Assembly (NCBI GenBank): GCA_001004105.1 | Contig: LCQK01000001.1 | Location: 38,928 to 102,927 of the forward strand | Direction: 5' to 3' | DNA length: 64,000 nt | From: Candidatus Jorgensenbacteria bacterium GW2011_GWB1_50_10 | GTDB lineage: Bacteria; Patescibacteriota; Minisyncoccia; UBA6257; GWB1-50-10 | In this document: positions 47,056-56,837 of the stretch, piece by piece | How the letters are laid out: each line of letters begins with the position of its first letter | How positions within the stretch are numbered: the stretch's first letter is position 1 | Program-made: the position numbers and the translations under genes | The notes under the pieces: generated by a model | The model's input: only the letters and a program-made list of their open reading frames with translations | Database searches by the model: none | What the model was told of the DNA's origin: nothing

Positions 47056-48813
47056 TTAGACTTCTATCACGACCGGCAAAATCATGGGCCGGCGTTTGGT
47101 TTTATTGTACAGGAACTGGCCGATTTGGTCGCGAATCAGGGATTTCAGGTAATCGGCGTCAATCGGCTGGTGGCGGGGAATGCGGCCGATGATGCCGCGA
47201 ATTTTGCGACGGATTTCATCGAGCATTCCCTGATTTTCCTTGAGGTAGATGAAGCCGCGGGAGATGATATCCGGATTTTTGAGGACCCGGCCGTTCTGGC
47301 GGGAAAGGGTGGCGATAATCACAATCATCCCTTCCTGGGCAAGGGTAATCCGGTCGCGGAGGACCACTTCGCCCACGTCGCCCACGCCCAAGCCGTCAAC
47401 CATCACGTAGAAGACCGGCACCTTTTCATCGGTTACTCTTACCGAATCTTTACGGAACTCAACGACGAGGCCGTTGTCGGCGATGAGAGTGTTCGTGGTT
47501 TCTAGCCCCAGTTCTTCCTGGGCGAGCTGGGCGTTTCTTGAACGCATGAAATAGTAACCGTGAATCGGCAGGAAAAATCTCGGTTTCACAAGCCGCATCA
47601 CCGTTCTCAGTTCCTCCTGTGGCGCGTGGCCCGAGGAGTGGATATCAAGCATCTTGTAGTGGAATATTTTCGCGCCTTGGCGCGCAAGATTATCCTTGAG
47701 ATTCTGAACACTCCTTTCATTGCCGGGCACAATGGAAGAGGAAAGGATAATAGTGTCAGTGTTCTTTACCTTCACGTGGCGGTGTTCGCCGTTTGCAACG
47801 CGCATCAAGGCCGCGTTCGGCTCGCCCTGGGCGCCGGTTGCCAAAATCATAACTTTATCGTCGGGGTGCCTATTCACCTCTTCAATGGGAATGAGCGTGC
47901 CTCTCTGAATTTTCATGTATTTGAGGTTTTGGGCGATTTGGATGTTGGTTTTCATGGAAAAGCCGCTAATCGCCACCCGGCGCTTCAGGTGCTCGGCGAT
48001 TTTGATGATTTCGGCGAGGCGGTCCAAGAGCGAAGAGAAGGTGCCGACGATAATGCGGCCCTCCGCGGCTTTGAAGATTTTCTCCAGTTCTTTTTCCACC
48101 ACCCGTTCGGATAAGGAATAACCCGGGGTTTCGGCGCCGGTTGAATCAAGCATCAGTGTGTGAATGCCTTGCTCGCTTACCCACTTCCAGGTGTCCAAAC
48201 CGCGGGCATGCCCCTCGTTGTCGTAATCAAATTTGAATTCGCCGGGGTGGACGACGTTGCCGATGGGGGTTTTGATTATCATGCCGACGCCTTCGGGAAT
48301 GTTGTGAATGACGTCGAAGAAAGTGGCGGAGAAATTTTCCGAAAGCTTGTGGATTTCGCCGCCCTTTACCATCACGAAATTGGGTTTGGGCGAATGGGGG
48401 AAATCCTCCTGTCGCCTCAAAATTATTTCTTTAGAAATCTGCGTCGTGTAGATTATGGGATTGCCCAGCTTCCCGAGAAGATAGGGAATGGCGCCGATGT
48501 GGTCGTAGTGGCCATGAGTGATGATGAGCGCCTTGATTTTCTCCTTCCGCTCCTCGAGATATGAAACGTTCGGAATGATGTAATCAATGCCGGGCGTTTC
48601 TTCTTCGGGGAACTGCAAGCCGGCGTCAATGATGATAATTTCGTCCCGGTATTCAAAAAACATCATGTTGCGGCCGATTTCTTCCAAGCCCCCCAAAGCC
48701 ACCCAGCGAACCACCGGTTCAGAATCCGCTCCTTCTCTTTTCATTTCAGCCGAAACCGGCCTTCTCGTCCTAGAAAAAGTTCTTCTTTGAGTCAATGCTG
48801 TTTTAGGAGTCAT
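47056..48813 (-). CDS. rnj: Ribonuclease J
   Basis: LGGLEEIGRNM, THGHYDHIGA, GAQGEP, HSSGH, RRPMILPV. Confidence 0.95.
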   Translation of the reverse strand: MTPKTALTQRRTFSRTRRPVSAEMKREGADSEPVVRWVALGGLEEIGRNMMFFEYRDEIIIIDAGLQFPEEETPGIDYIIPNVSYLEERKEKIKALIITHGHYDHIGAIPYLLGKLGNPIIYTTQISKEIILRRQEDFPHSPKPNFVMVKGGEIHKLSENFSATFFDVIHNIPEGVGMIIKTPIGNVVHPGEFKFDYDNEGHARGLDTWKWVSEQGIHTLMLDSTGAETPGYSLSERVVEKELEKIFKAAEGRIIVGTFSSLLDRLAEIIKIAEHLKRRVAISGFSMKTNIQIAQNLKYMKIQRGTLIPIEEVNRHPDDKVMILATGAQGEPNAALMRVANGEHRHVKVKNTDTIILSSSIVPGNERSVQNLKDNLARQGAKIFHYKMLDIHSSGHAPQEELRTVMRLVKPRFFLPIHGYYFMRSRNAQLAQEELGLETTNTLIADNGLVVEFRKDSVRVTDEKVPVFYVMVDGLGVGDVGEVVLRDRITLAQEGMIVIIATLSRQNGRVLKNPDIISRGFIYLKENQGMLDEIRRKIRGIIGRIPRHQPIDADYLKSLIRDQIGQFLYNKTKRRPMILPVVIEV

Positions 48814-48828
48814 ATTTTATTTTTATTG

Positions 48829-48911
48829 TGGGGATGGAGAGATTCGAACTCTCATGGTCTTGCGACCACTGGCTCCTGAAGCCAGCGCGTCTGCCGTTCC
48901 GCCACATCCCC
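48829..48911 (-). tRNA. tRNA-Leu(CAG)
   Basis: GGGGATG/CATCCCC acceptor, CTGGC-TTCAGGA-GCCAG, long variable arm. Confidence 0.93.
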
Positions 48912-48922
48912 GGCCACACCAT

Positions 48923-50515
48923 TTATTTAACAACCCTCGCCTTAGAGAGATGCCATTCCTCGACTTTTTGGAAGCGGTCCGACGGCTCTACCAGGGGGCG
49001 GTTTTCGTTTTCAAACTGGAACCCGCCCAGGTTTTTGGAATGAACGTAAGTATAAGGCAGGGAAAAAAGGAATACCGCCGGATTGTCTTCCACGATAAAC
49101 TTCTCCGCTTCTTTAGCCAAATCCAGCATTCCATTTTCATCGCTTTGCCTCACTTTTTCTATTAAAGTATCCACCTTTTGATTTTTGTAAAGGGCGAGAT
49201 TCAAGCCCGGATAAAATCTCTCCGACGAATGCCAGAAAGGAAAAAGGTCAAGGGGATTCTCGAGGACGTTGCCGAAAAGAAGAACTTCGTAATTGTTGGT
49301 CTTGACGACGTTCTCCAGTAATTCGTTCGTGGGGAGGGAGATGATATTCACATCCCTCACGCCCGCGGTAAGCCAATCTTCTTTTATTATTCTCGCAGTT
49401 TCTTCAAGGAAATCAACCTGCGGGACGATGAGAGTGAGGGTAATATTTTCTTTCTTTAATTCTTCCGGGTTAAGATTTTCTGATTCCGCGAGCGTCTCGC
49501 CCGCCCCCCATTTTCCCAAAGGCCCATGGACAACCTCGGCCTCATTATGAAAAACCTGCGCGACAATTTCTCTTTTATCAATAGCGAGAGCAAGCGCCCG
49601 ACGGAGCCCATTGTTTTTTAAAGACGAGCTCAAATTTTCATTGAAGAAAAGGGCATAATAACCCGGCATTGGGATTCGATCCACGACCGCGTTCCTGAGC
49701 GGTAAAGAAGCAGTGTCAACTGGTGAGAGAGAACCGAAACCCTGGATTTTGCGCAGGGCGAAATCTTTCATCATTAACTCCCTCGATTCGTAAAAGACGA
49801 AGTAAAAATCTTTGATGAAGGGTTTTGATCCGAAAAAGCGCTCGTTTCTCACTAAGTGATACTCGCTAATGAAGCCGTCTCTCCTTTTGGAGAAATCTTC
49901 CAAACGATAAGGCCCGCTGCCGACCGGCTCCAGATTGTATGAGGAGAGCCGAAAATTGCTCTTAGGAATACCGCCGAAGAGATGGACGGGCAGAACGGGA
50001 AGGCGTTCCATGTTTTCCTTGAAGAAGGCATAAGGCGCGGGCAGGGTGAAAATGACCCGGAGCTCGCTTACGCGCTCGGTGACCACGCCCTTCCAGTTTT
50101 TGGTGAGCGGTGAGCGGGTCGTGGGGTCCTGAACCGTTTCCACCGTGAAAACAACGTCGTCGCTTGTGATGGGCTGATTATTATCCCAAACGATTCCTTC
50201 CCTGAGTTTGACAGTGTATTCGGTGCCGTCCTCCGATACTTCGTAACTTTCCGCCAAGTCCGAAAGGGAGCTGTAAATCAGGGTGCTCAAATCCAGGTCG
50301 GCGGCGTTGTCGGAAATTAGGGGATTTATGGCGACTGGCTGGCCAACCACGCCTTCGCGCCAGGAGCCGCCCGAAACCGCTCGCCAGGCGCTTGAATCAT
50401 CAACCGCAAGCGTGCCGCGGGTAATCGCGGCGAGCGCGAAAAGAACGGCGGCAACCATAAAAGCAGCCCGCTCCTTGCGCGTGAAGGAATCAAAAATCCG
50501 TTTGAAGATAAGCAT
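48923..50515 (-). CDS. ABC peptide/nickel substrate-binding protein (family 5)
   Basis: ITSDDVVFT, PVGSGPY, LRRALALAIDK. Confidence 0.85.
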   Translation of the reverse strand: MLIFKRIFDSFTRKERAAFMVAAVLFALAAITRGTLAVDDSSAWRAVSGGSWREGVVGQPVAINPLISDNAADLDLSTLIYSSLSDLAESYEVSEDGTEYTVKLREGIVWDNNQPITSDDVVFTVETVQDPTTRSPLTKNWKGVVTERVSELRVIFTLPAPYAFFKENMERLPVLPVHLFGGIPKSNFRLSSYNLEPVGSGPYRLEDFSKRRDGFISEYHLVRNERFFGSKPFIKDFYFVFYESRELMMKDFALRKIQGFGSLSPVDTASLPLRNAVVDRIPMPGYYALFFNENLSSSLKNNGLRRALALAIDKREIVAQVFHNEAEVVHGPLGKWGAGETLAESENLNPEELKKENITLTLIVPQVDFLEETARIIKEDWLTAGVRDVNIISLPTNELLENVVKTNNYEVLLFGNVLENPLDLFPFWHSSERFYPGLNLALYKNQKVDTLIEKVRQSDENGMLDLAKEAEKFIVEDNPAVFLFSLPYTYVHSKNLGGFQFENENRPLVEPSDRFQKVEEWHLSKARVVK

Positions 50516-50517
50516 TT

Positions 50518-50736
50518 TTATTTCGTGATAAAGAGATTAGTGAGGGCAAGCGCTACGAACAGTAGGGCGGCGACAATCGTTCCCCAGTAAACCATTTTTT
50601 CCAAACCGCGCCGGGTGTAATAGGGCGTGGCGCTGCCTCCGCCGCCGAAAAGACCACCCAGACCCTGGCTGCGTTCCTGAATCAAAACGAGAACGATAAG
50701 AATAACCGATATTGCGATTTGAGCGATAAGAAGCAT
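50518..50736 (-). CDS. secG: Preprotein translocase subunit SecG
   Basis: VLIQ..GLGGLFGGG..TRRGLEK, two TM helices. Confidence 0.88.
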   Translation of the reverse strand: MLLIAQIAISVILIVLVLIQERSQGLGGLFGGGGSATPYYTRRGLEKMVYWGTIVAALLFVALALTNLFITK

Positions 50737-50742
50737 GAAGAA

Positions 50743-51102
50743 TTAGTTACCAGATTTTGTTCCCCAATGGACGAAGAGATTTACGATGCCAAAAAGCAGG
50801 GTAGCAAGAAGGAGTGGTAAGTATCCGTCTATTATAAGCGGTTCGGTCAGTTTGTCAAGAATGAAAAGAGTGGCGGCATTAATGAGGATGGCAAAGAGGC
50901 CGAGGGTGAGGACAATGAATGGGCCGAAGAAAAGCTTCATGATGGGTTTCAAAAACATATTGATGGCGGCGAAAATTACCGCGGCGATGAGAAGTTCAAT
51001 GAAATTGCCGACCCAAATGAAACCCTTGATGAATTCGGAGGCCGCCAGAATGACGATGGCATTTACGATGATATGAATGATGATTCGGCCCAGGAATTTC
51101 AT
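50743..51102 (-). CDS. 4-TM phage-holin-superfamily (YvlD-like) membrane protein
   Basis: INMFLKPI...LTLGLFAILINA. Confidence 0.8.
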   Translation of the reverse strand: MKFLGRIIIHIIVNAIVILAASEFIKGFIWVGNFIELLIAAVIFAAINMFLKPIMKLFFGPFIVLTLGLFAILINAATLFILDKLTEPLIIDGYLPLLLATLLFGIVNLFVHWGTKSGN

Positions 51103-51162
51103 ATTTAAAGAAGTAAAGATTTTATACGAAAACACGCTATCTATTTCCCCAGCGTGGAAATA

Positions 51163-51226
51163 GCGCTCGCTCTCGGGCTCGCTCTCTCGCTTCGCTCGAA
51201 CCGTGCCCGCTCGCCCTGCGAGACGG
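51163..51226. repeat. REP-like (GCTCGC-rich) element
   Basis: Repeated CTCGCT units including CTCGCTTCGCTCG. Confidence 0.45.
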
Positions 51227-51262
51227 TTTTCTTAACAAAATCTTTACTTCTTTTATTCTATC

Positions 51263-51406
51263 AAAAAAGGAACACTCCCGGCCGCAGGGGTCGGGAGTGG
51301 TGCTGGGGTCGAGGCGCCCGTGAAACGCGAGTGCCATTTAGGGCTTTTTTTGAAACAGGGAGGTGGACGCTCCTTTCGGTTATGGTGGGTGGCGCCTCGA
51401 CGTTCT
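51263..51406 (-). ncRNA. Candidate ~140-nt sRNA
   Basis: TTGCGT-16-TAGAAT promoter (51440-51413); 11-bp closing stem GTCGAGGCGCC/GGCGCCTCGAC; terminator 51263-51299. Confidence 0.5.
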
Positions 51407-51438
51407 GTTTCTATTCTAATGTAAATCTATATAAACGC

Positions 51439-52190
51439 AAAAGCCCCGTGCTGTGATAGGGGCTCTTGGCGCTGATTGGTCAGGGGGAGCAGGTAGCTCC
51501 ACCGTCCGTCCGTGTCTCGGTTTCCCGAGGCATTCTCTCAACCGCGAGGTTTTGAGAACCGGAGGTGAAACTACTACCTGCCCACACCCCGACCGTATGT
51601 GAAGAAAGTGAGGCTAGGAGGGGCTACAGCGTCTGCGAAAGGCCTTATTGGACTTCCCACTGGTTTCCCTGGGCATGTCCCCTTAAGCAGTTCGACCTGC
51701 GTTTCTTGGTCAGCTCTCTTGCGAGTGCTGCCGAGCTGCACAGTCTTACTCCCGCTGCAACCAACTACCGTCTTTGTGCCCACAGGGCTCTCGGCAATTT
51801 AATGACTTGCGTCCCGGGGGAACTTACGTTCCTCCGTGCCAGTCCCTTTTTTGGGTCGCCGCAGAACTTGCGTCCTACAGTTTCCCCGCGCGACTCTTAC
51901 GAGAGTCATTCGCGGTGGACAGATCCTCAAGAACTTCGGTGTTTGGGAACACCGCTGTTCCTTCGGGGCTCTCGCTCCCGAGTGACGGCAGTTTGAGGAT
52001 GCTTTCGGCGTCAGCAAAGGTTCAGTAGTTGTGTCGCAACCACTGACCGGATCCTTCTGGATCTTCTTTGGACCCTCTGCTAACTGAAGCTTGGGGCTTA
52101 CCGATGACCTGCCTCGCGGCTTGTTCCATTCCGAGAGGGAGGTAGCCTCCTGCGTCTCACTTCACTTCCAAAATGTAAATGTGCTGCGTA
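51439..52190 (-). ncRNA. Candidate large (~750 nt) multi-domain structured ncRNA
   Basis: TTGACG-16-TATTAT promoter (52224-52197); long-range stem 52168-52142 with 51627-51601; many GNRA hairpins; terminator 51465-51439. Confidence 0.7.
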
Positions 52191-52274
52191 GTGTCCATAA
52201 TACACGGCTCATAAAAGCCGTCAAGCATAAGTCAAGGGCAAATGTGAAAAGAATGTTAATAGGGTGGGGATAGG

Positions 52275-53816
52275 TTAAATGAGCTGATTTAATAAGCTCT
52301 GGCCCGTCATTTCCGGGGGTTTAGGGATGTTCATCAGTTCTAAAATAGTCGGGGCGACATCGGCCAAGAGGCCGATGGTTTCGGGGTGGTGGAGGATTTC
52401 CTCCGGTTTCGGTTTTTGGAAATCCTTCCCCACGAGGTAGATCGGCACCGGATTCGCATTGTGTTTCGTTTCCGGTTCGCCGGTTCGGGGGTTTAAGACC
52501 TCTTCGGCGTTGCCGTGGTCGGACGTCACAATCATCACATGGTTTCCTTTTAGGACGGCGTCCACTAGCCGGTTTAGTTCTTTATCTACGGTTTTTATTG
52601 CTTGGACGGCGGCATCATAATTACCGGTGTGAGCGATAATGTCCGGATTAGCGTAGTTTACGAGAATGAAATCAAAACCACCCTCATTTAGAGCGACAAT
52701 CGCCCGATCGGTTACGGCGGAGGCCATCATTTCCGGGTGTTCTTCTTCCCTCACGGCTGTTTTCGAGGGAACAAGGACCCGGAATTCGTTGGGGTAGGGC
52801 TTCTCGCGCCCACCGTTGAAAAAATAGGTGACATGGGCGTATTTTTCGGTCTCGGCAATGCGGAGCTGATTCAAGCCCTTATCGGCCAAGACCTTGCCGA
52901 GCGGGTTTCCCACTCTTTCGCTGGGGAATGCGACTCTAGCCCTCCATTTATCTTCGTAGGCCGTCATAGTGACAATATAAAGATTGGAGAAAATTTTAAT
53001 AGGAAACTTGTCAAGTTTGGGGTTTAAGAAGGATTCGGCGATTTGTCGCATGCTGTCTTCCCGGAAGTTGAAGAAAATTAAAGCGTCGCCGTCTTTTATG
53101 GCGTGAGCTTCAAACGCCGTCGGTTCTATGAATTCATCGTCCAATTCCCTCGTGTAAGCACTTTTCACCGCCTCTTCGGGAGCGGAAATGGGTAAGTCGC
53201 CGGTCAAAGCCTTGTAAGCCGCTTCCGTTCTATCCCAGTGTCCATCGCGGTCCATGGCGTAATAACGCCCGGCCACACTCGCAATGGTGCCTACGCCGTT
53301 TTTTTGAACTTCGGCTTTTAATTTTCCCAATAATTCCATGAAAGATCGCGGCGGCGAATCCTTGCCGTCGGCAAAAACATGGATAAATAGATTTTGGCAA
53401 GATTCGCGTTTGGCCATTTCAATTAAAGCGGCGAGATGTCTGAAGGAAGCGTGGACATTGCCGCTCGTTAAGAGGCCCGCTAAGTGGACGGCGGAGTTCT
53501 TCTCGCGCGCGCGAGCGAAAGCCTCTTTCAGGAATTTGTTTTTAAAAAAAGAGCCGTCCTCAATTTTCATCATTATCCGCGGGTAATGCTGATAGATGAT
53601 TTTGCCGGCACCCAAAGTGAGGTGCCCCACCTCACTATTACCCTCCTCTTCAAAGGGGAGACCAATGGCGACGCCGGAGGCTTGGAGAGCCGCAGCCGGA
53701 AAGGAACTCTCCAGAAATTTAATGGTTTCAGGACTCGCGGCATGGATAGGATTAGATTCAATGAGTTTCCCGAGACCCCAGCCATCCAAAATCGTTAAAA
53801 CGTAGGTTCTTTTCAT
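52275..53816 (-). CDS. gpmI: 2,3-BPG-independent phosphoglycerate mutase
   Basis: ILDGWG, GNSEVGH, GRYYAMDRD, AETEKYAHVT, SDHGNAE. Confidence 0.96.
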   Translation of the reverse strand: MKRTYVLTILDGWGLGKLIESNPIHAASPETIKFLESSFPAAALQASGVAIGLPFEEEGNSEVGHLTLGAGKIIYQHYPRIMMKIEDGSFFKNKFLKEAFARAREKNSAVHLAGLLTSGNVHASFRHLAALIEMAKRESCQNLFIHVFADGKDSPPRSFMELLGKLKAEVQKNGVGTIASVAGRYYAMDRDGHWDRTEAAYKALTGDLPISAPEEAVKSAYTRELDDEFIEPTAFEAHAIKDGDALIFFNFREDSMRQIAESFLNPKLDKFPIKIFSNLYIVTMTAYEDKWRARVAFPSERVGNPLGKVLADKGLNQLRIAETEKYAHVTYFFNGGREKPYPNEFRVLVPSKTAVREEEHPEMMASAVTDRAIVALNEGGFDFILVNYANPDIIAHTGNYDAAVQAIKTVDKELNRLVDAVLKGNHVMIVTSDHGNAEEVLNPRTGEPETKHNANPVPIYLVGKDFQKPKPEEILHHPETIGLLADVAPTILELMNIPKPPEMTGQSLLNQLI

Positions 53817-53917
53817 AAAACGCTTCTAATCTATTCTAAATCATTCTTGACCGGAGTGCCTAATCGGCTTATAATGGAAATCACCAAAGTCGATGCAAAT
53901 CAATTACTTAAATTTAT

Positions 53918-55447
53918 ATGTTTGGAGGATTAAACCCACTCGTGGGATTGGGGCTTTTGGTTTTGGGAGCAGTTATCGGTTACTTCGTGAGACGCACCCT
54001 GGCCTTGAGTCAACTTTCATCTCTAGAGCGGAAAACTCGGGAAGAACTGGAGTCGGCCGAATCAAAGGCTAAAGAAACAATCTTAGCGGCCAAAAGCGAA
54101 GCCGCCTCGATAATCGAAGAAGCCCAAAAAGAAGAGCGGGAGCAGAAATATGAGCTCCGGCGTCTTGAAGAGCGTCTTTTGAACAAGGAGGACTCCTTAG
54201 CTAAGGAAAAAACCGATCTGGAAAAACGGGAAGCGGCCGTTCACGAAGAAGCTCTTCGTGTTAAAAGTGTTGAGGAAAAAGCGCGGGTGGCGGAAGAAAA
54301 AGTCATTAAGGAGATAGAAAAGGTGGCTGGCCTCACGCGGGAAGAAGCAAGAGGAAAAATATTTGAAGAATTCGAAACCGAACACCGGGGGGAACTCGCC
54401 GAGATGCTCGCCAAACTTGAGCACGAAAAGAAAGAGGCAGTGGAGGCAAAAGCCGGGGAAATCATCACCTCCGCCATTCAGCGTTACGCCCGTTCGTCAA
54501 TTGCCGATGTGACGACCACCGTTTTCAGTCTGCCCGGCGAAGAAATCAAGGGTAAAATCATCGGCCGCGAAGGCCGCAATATCCGGGCTTTTGAGCGTTT
54601 GACCGGCGTGGAAGTGATAATCGACGAGACGCCGGAGAGTCTGCTTTTATCTTCTTTCGACCCGATGCGGCGGGAAATGGCCAAAATGGCTTTGGAGAAA
54701 CTCATTGCCGACGGTCGCATTCAGCCCGCCAAAATTGAAGAGAAAGTTGAGGAAGCAAGGCAGGAGCTCGAAGCGCGGATTGAGAAAATTGGTGAGGAAT
54801 CAGCCTACGAGGTAGGAATACTTGATTTGCCGAAGGAGATCCTAAAGCTCCTCGGCCGCCTCAATTACCGCACCAGCTACGGCCAGAACGTCCTGCTTCA
54901 CTCCATTGAGATGACCCATATCGCCGGGATGATTGCGGCGGAGCTTCGTCTGAACGTTGAAGTGGCCAAACGCGGAGCGCTCCTTCACGACATCGGCAAG
55001 GCGATTGACCACGAAGTGGAAGGGACGCACGTGGAACTCGGCCGGAAGATTTTAAAGAAGTATGGCATCGCCGACGAAGTCATTAAGGCCATGGAAGCCC
55101 ATCACGAAGAATTTCCTTACGCCACCCCTGAATCCTACGTGGTCGCGGCCGCCGATGCTATTTCTGCTGCCCGCCCCGGCGCCCGGCGCGACACACTTGA
55201 GAAATATTTGAAGCGCTTGGAAGACATTGAGAAAGTGGTGAAAACCTTTGAAGGAGTGAAAGAGGCCTACGCCGTCGCCGCCGGCCGGGAAGTCCGGGTG
55301 TTCGTGACGCCGGAAAAAATCGACGACTTCGGGGCGCTGCAGCTCGCCAAACAAATTGCGGCGAAGATCCAGTCCGACGTTCAGTATCCGGGAGAGATAA
55401 AAGTGACGGTTGTCCGGGAAATGAAGGCGGTGGAAGTGGCAAGATAG
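53918..55447 (+). CDS. rny: Ribonuclease Y
   Basis: TM, coiled coil, KGKIIGREGRNIR KH domain, LLHDIGK HD domain. Confidence 0.96.
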   Translation: MFGGLNPLVGLGLLVLGAVIGYFVRRTLALSQLSSLERKTREELESAESKAKETILAAKSEAASIIEEAQKEEREQKYELRRLEERLLNKEDSLAKEKTDLEKREAAVHEEALRVKSVEEKARVAEEKVIKEIEKVAGLTREEARGKIFEEFETEHRGELAEMLAKLEHEKKEAVEAKAGEIITSAIQRYARSSIADVTTTVFSLPGEEIKGKIIGREGRNIRAFERLTGVEVIIDETPESLLLSSFDPMRREMAKMALEKLIADGRIQPAKIEEKVEEARQELEARIEKIGEESAYEVGILDLPKEILKLLGRLNYRTSYGQNVLLHSIEMTHIAGMIAAELRLNVEVAKRGALLHDIGKAIDHEVEGTHVELGRKILKKYGIADEVIKAMEAHHEEFPYATPESYVVAAADAISAARPGARRDTLEKYLKRLEDIEKVVKTFEGVKEAYAVAAGREVRVFVTPEKIDDFGALQLAKQIAAKIQSDVQYPGEIKVTVVREMKAVEVAR

Positions 55448-55520
55448 TCCCCAAGCCAAAATCTGCTATAATAAAAGCGGTTAAAATTCAGGCAAAAGGT
55501 CGGTTATTCCAATAAAACAA

Positions 55521-55796
55521 ATGAAAAAAGACGATCTTGTAGAAGTAGTGATGAAAGTCGCCAGTATTGAAACCAAAAAGCAGGCGACCGACGCGGTTGA
55601 GGCGGTTTTTGACACAATTGTTAAAACCCTAGGTCGCGGCGAAGAAGTGGCGATTACCGGCTTCGGCAGCTTCCGGGTGGCAAAGCGGGCGGCCAGAATG
55701 GGTGTTAACCCCAAAACCGGCGAAAGAATCCAAATCGCCGCTTCCACTAAACCAAAATTCAGAGCAGGTAAGCTCCTAAAGGAAGCGGTTAAATAG
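55521..55796 (+). CDS. hup: HU DNA-binding protein
   Basis: GFGSF, AARMGVNPKTGE, PKFRAGK. Confidence 0.95.
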   Translation: MKKDDLVEVVMKVASIETKKQATDAVEAVFDTIVKTLGRGEEVAITGFGSFRVAKRAARMGVNPKTGERIQIAASTKPKFRAGKLLKEAVK

Positions 55797-55820
55797 TTTA
55801 CTTACCTCTAGAGGTAAACC

Positions 55821-55857
55821 AAAAATCCGTCCTTCGATAAACTCGGGACGGATTTTT
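55821..55857. terminator. Terminator after hup
   Basis: AAAAATCCGTCC...GGACGGATTTTT. Confidence 0.75.
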
Positions 55858-55876
55858 GGTTCTTTATTTCCCTTGC

Positions 55877-55916
55877 GCCCGCCTGAGGCGGGCAGGCCCG
55901 CCTGCCGGCAGGCAGG
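55877..55916. repeat. Tandem REP-like palindromes
   Basis: GCCCGCCTGAGGCGGGC then CCCGCCTGCCGGCAGGCAGG. Confidence 0.7.
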
Positions 55917-55921
55917 GGTAA

Positions 55922-56833
55922 TCAGAGTAATTTCCTCACCAAATTACTCATTTCAATAAAGATTTGGTAGGCCCCTTTGATTTGACTCAAAGAGGATTCC
56001 ACCAAATCCTTTATTGACGAGGTTCTGAAAATCGGCGAACTTGTCGCGTTCGCGTCGGTACTCGTTGAACTCGTTGCTGTCGAGGTTGCAAAAAGCGGTG
56101 CATTCATCAAGGTGGAAGTGGCCGCTGGAACTGAACTGGTCGTGGTCGTTTCGTTTTCGATGTTCCGCAGTGCAATCGGGAGGATATATTGATTCCAGAA
56201 AAAATCATTAGCTTCCTTATTTAAGTCCGCGGCCTCATTTATTTTCTTATCGGCATCACCGAGCAGTTCCTGAAGTTGGGCGGCGCCCTTAATCTTTGCC
56301 TTCAGAAGAGCAAGGACGTCCTTGCGAATTCGTTCAGAGCGCTTCATGGCTGTCTCCACAGCTTTCTGTTCCTGAAGAATCAGTAGGTAAGAGTCGGCCT
56401 CACTGGAGGCGGCAATATAGTTTTTGTCCCGCCACTCCTTGAAATCGCTCGCAATTTTTTTGATGGTTTCGAGATTAATTTTATTGGTATCATCCAAACT
56501 TTCTTTTTGGTCTTCGTAATAATCAATGGCTTTGTTTAGGGAAGAGACGATCGAATCCCGCCAGAGCGCCACTTCTTTGGAAAGTTTGTCCAAGGCCAAG
56601 AGCTTGATTTTCATATCCTTGGCTTCGGAAATGGAGAAATCAACAACCTTCTTGAAAGTTTCAATTCTTAAACTCAGATCGTCGGTTTGCCCCTCGTCTT
56701 TGGCTGTCACTAAATCTTGGACCTGGCCCTGCACGTCCTTTAAGGCGTTTTGAACTGCTGAGGATTGGGCGTTTGCAGTGCCCGCAGAAATGAGCGAGAT
56801 AATTAAAAAAACGATTGTGAAATTAATTTTCAT
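55922..56833 (-). CDS. Secreted helical hypothetical protein with Thr/Ser-rich linker
   Basis: Signal peptide ending ANA; third gene of the ECF operon. Confidence 0.65.
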   Translation of the reverse strand: MKINFTIVFLIISLISAGTANAQSSAVQNALKDVQGQVQDLVTAKDEGQTDDLSLRIETFKKVVDFSISEAKDMKIKLLALDKLSKEVALWRDSIVSSLNKAIDYYEDQKESLDDTNKINLETIKKIASDFKEWRDKNYIAASSEADSYLLILQEQKAVETAMKRSERIRKDVLALLKAKIKGAAQLQELLGDADKKINEAADLNKEANDFFWNQYILPIALRNIENETTTTSSVPAATSTLMNAPLFATSTATSSTSTDANATSSPIFRTSSIKDLVESSLSQIKGAYQIFIEMSNLVRKLL

Positions 56834-56837
56834 ATTC

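Noticed and set aside
51640-51805. Group I intron core within the large RNA (TAAATTGCCGAGAG pairing with CTCGGCAGC resembles P/Q)
   Set aside because: No convincing R/S (P7) elements, no interrupted host gene, and the unit has its own promoter and terminator; a covariance-model search is needed to exclude it fully.
51600-52190. RNase P RNA or group II intron
   Set aside because: The GAGGAAAGUCC and 3' P4 signatures of RNase P RNA, and the GUGYG start and domain V of group II introns, were not found.
51137-52273. Short ORFs (60-143 aa) in the holin-gpmI interval
   Set aside because: They overlap in many frames, have atypical composition and no recognisable motif, and cross predicted terminators.
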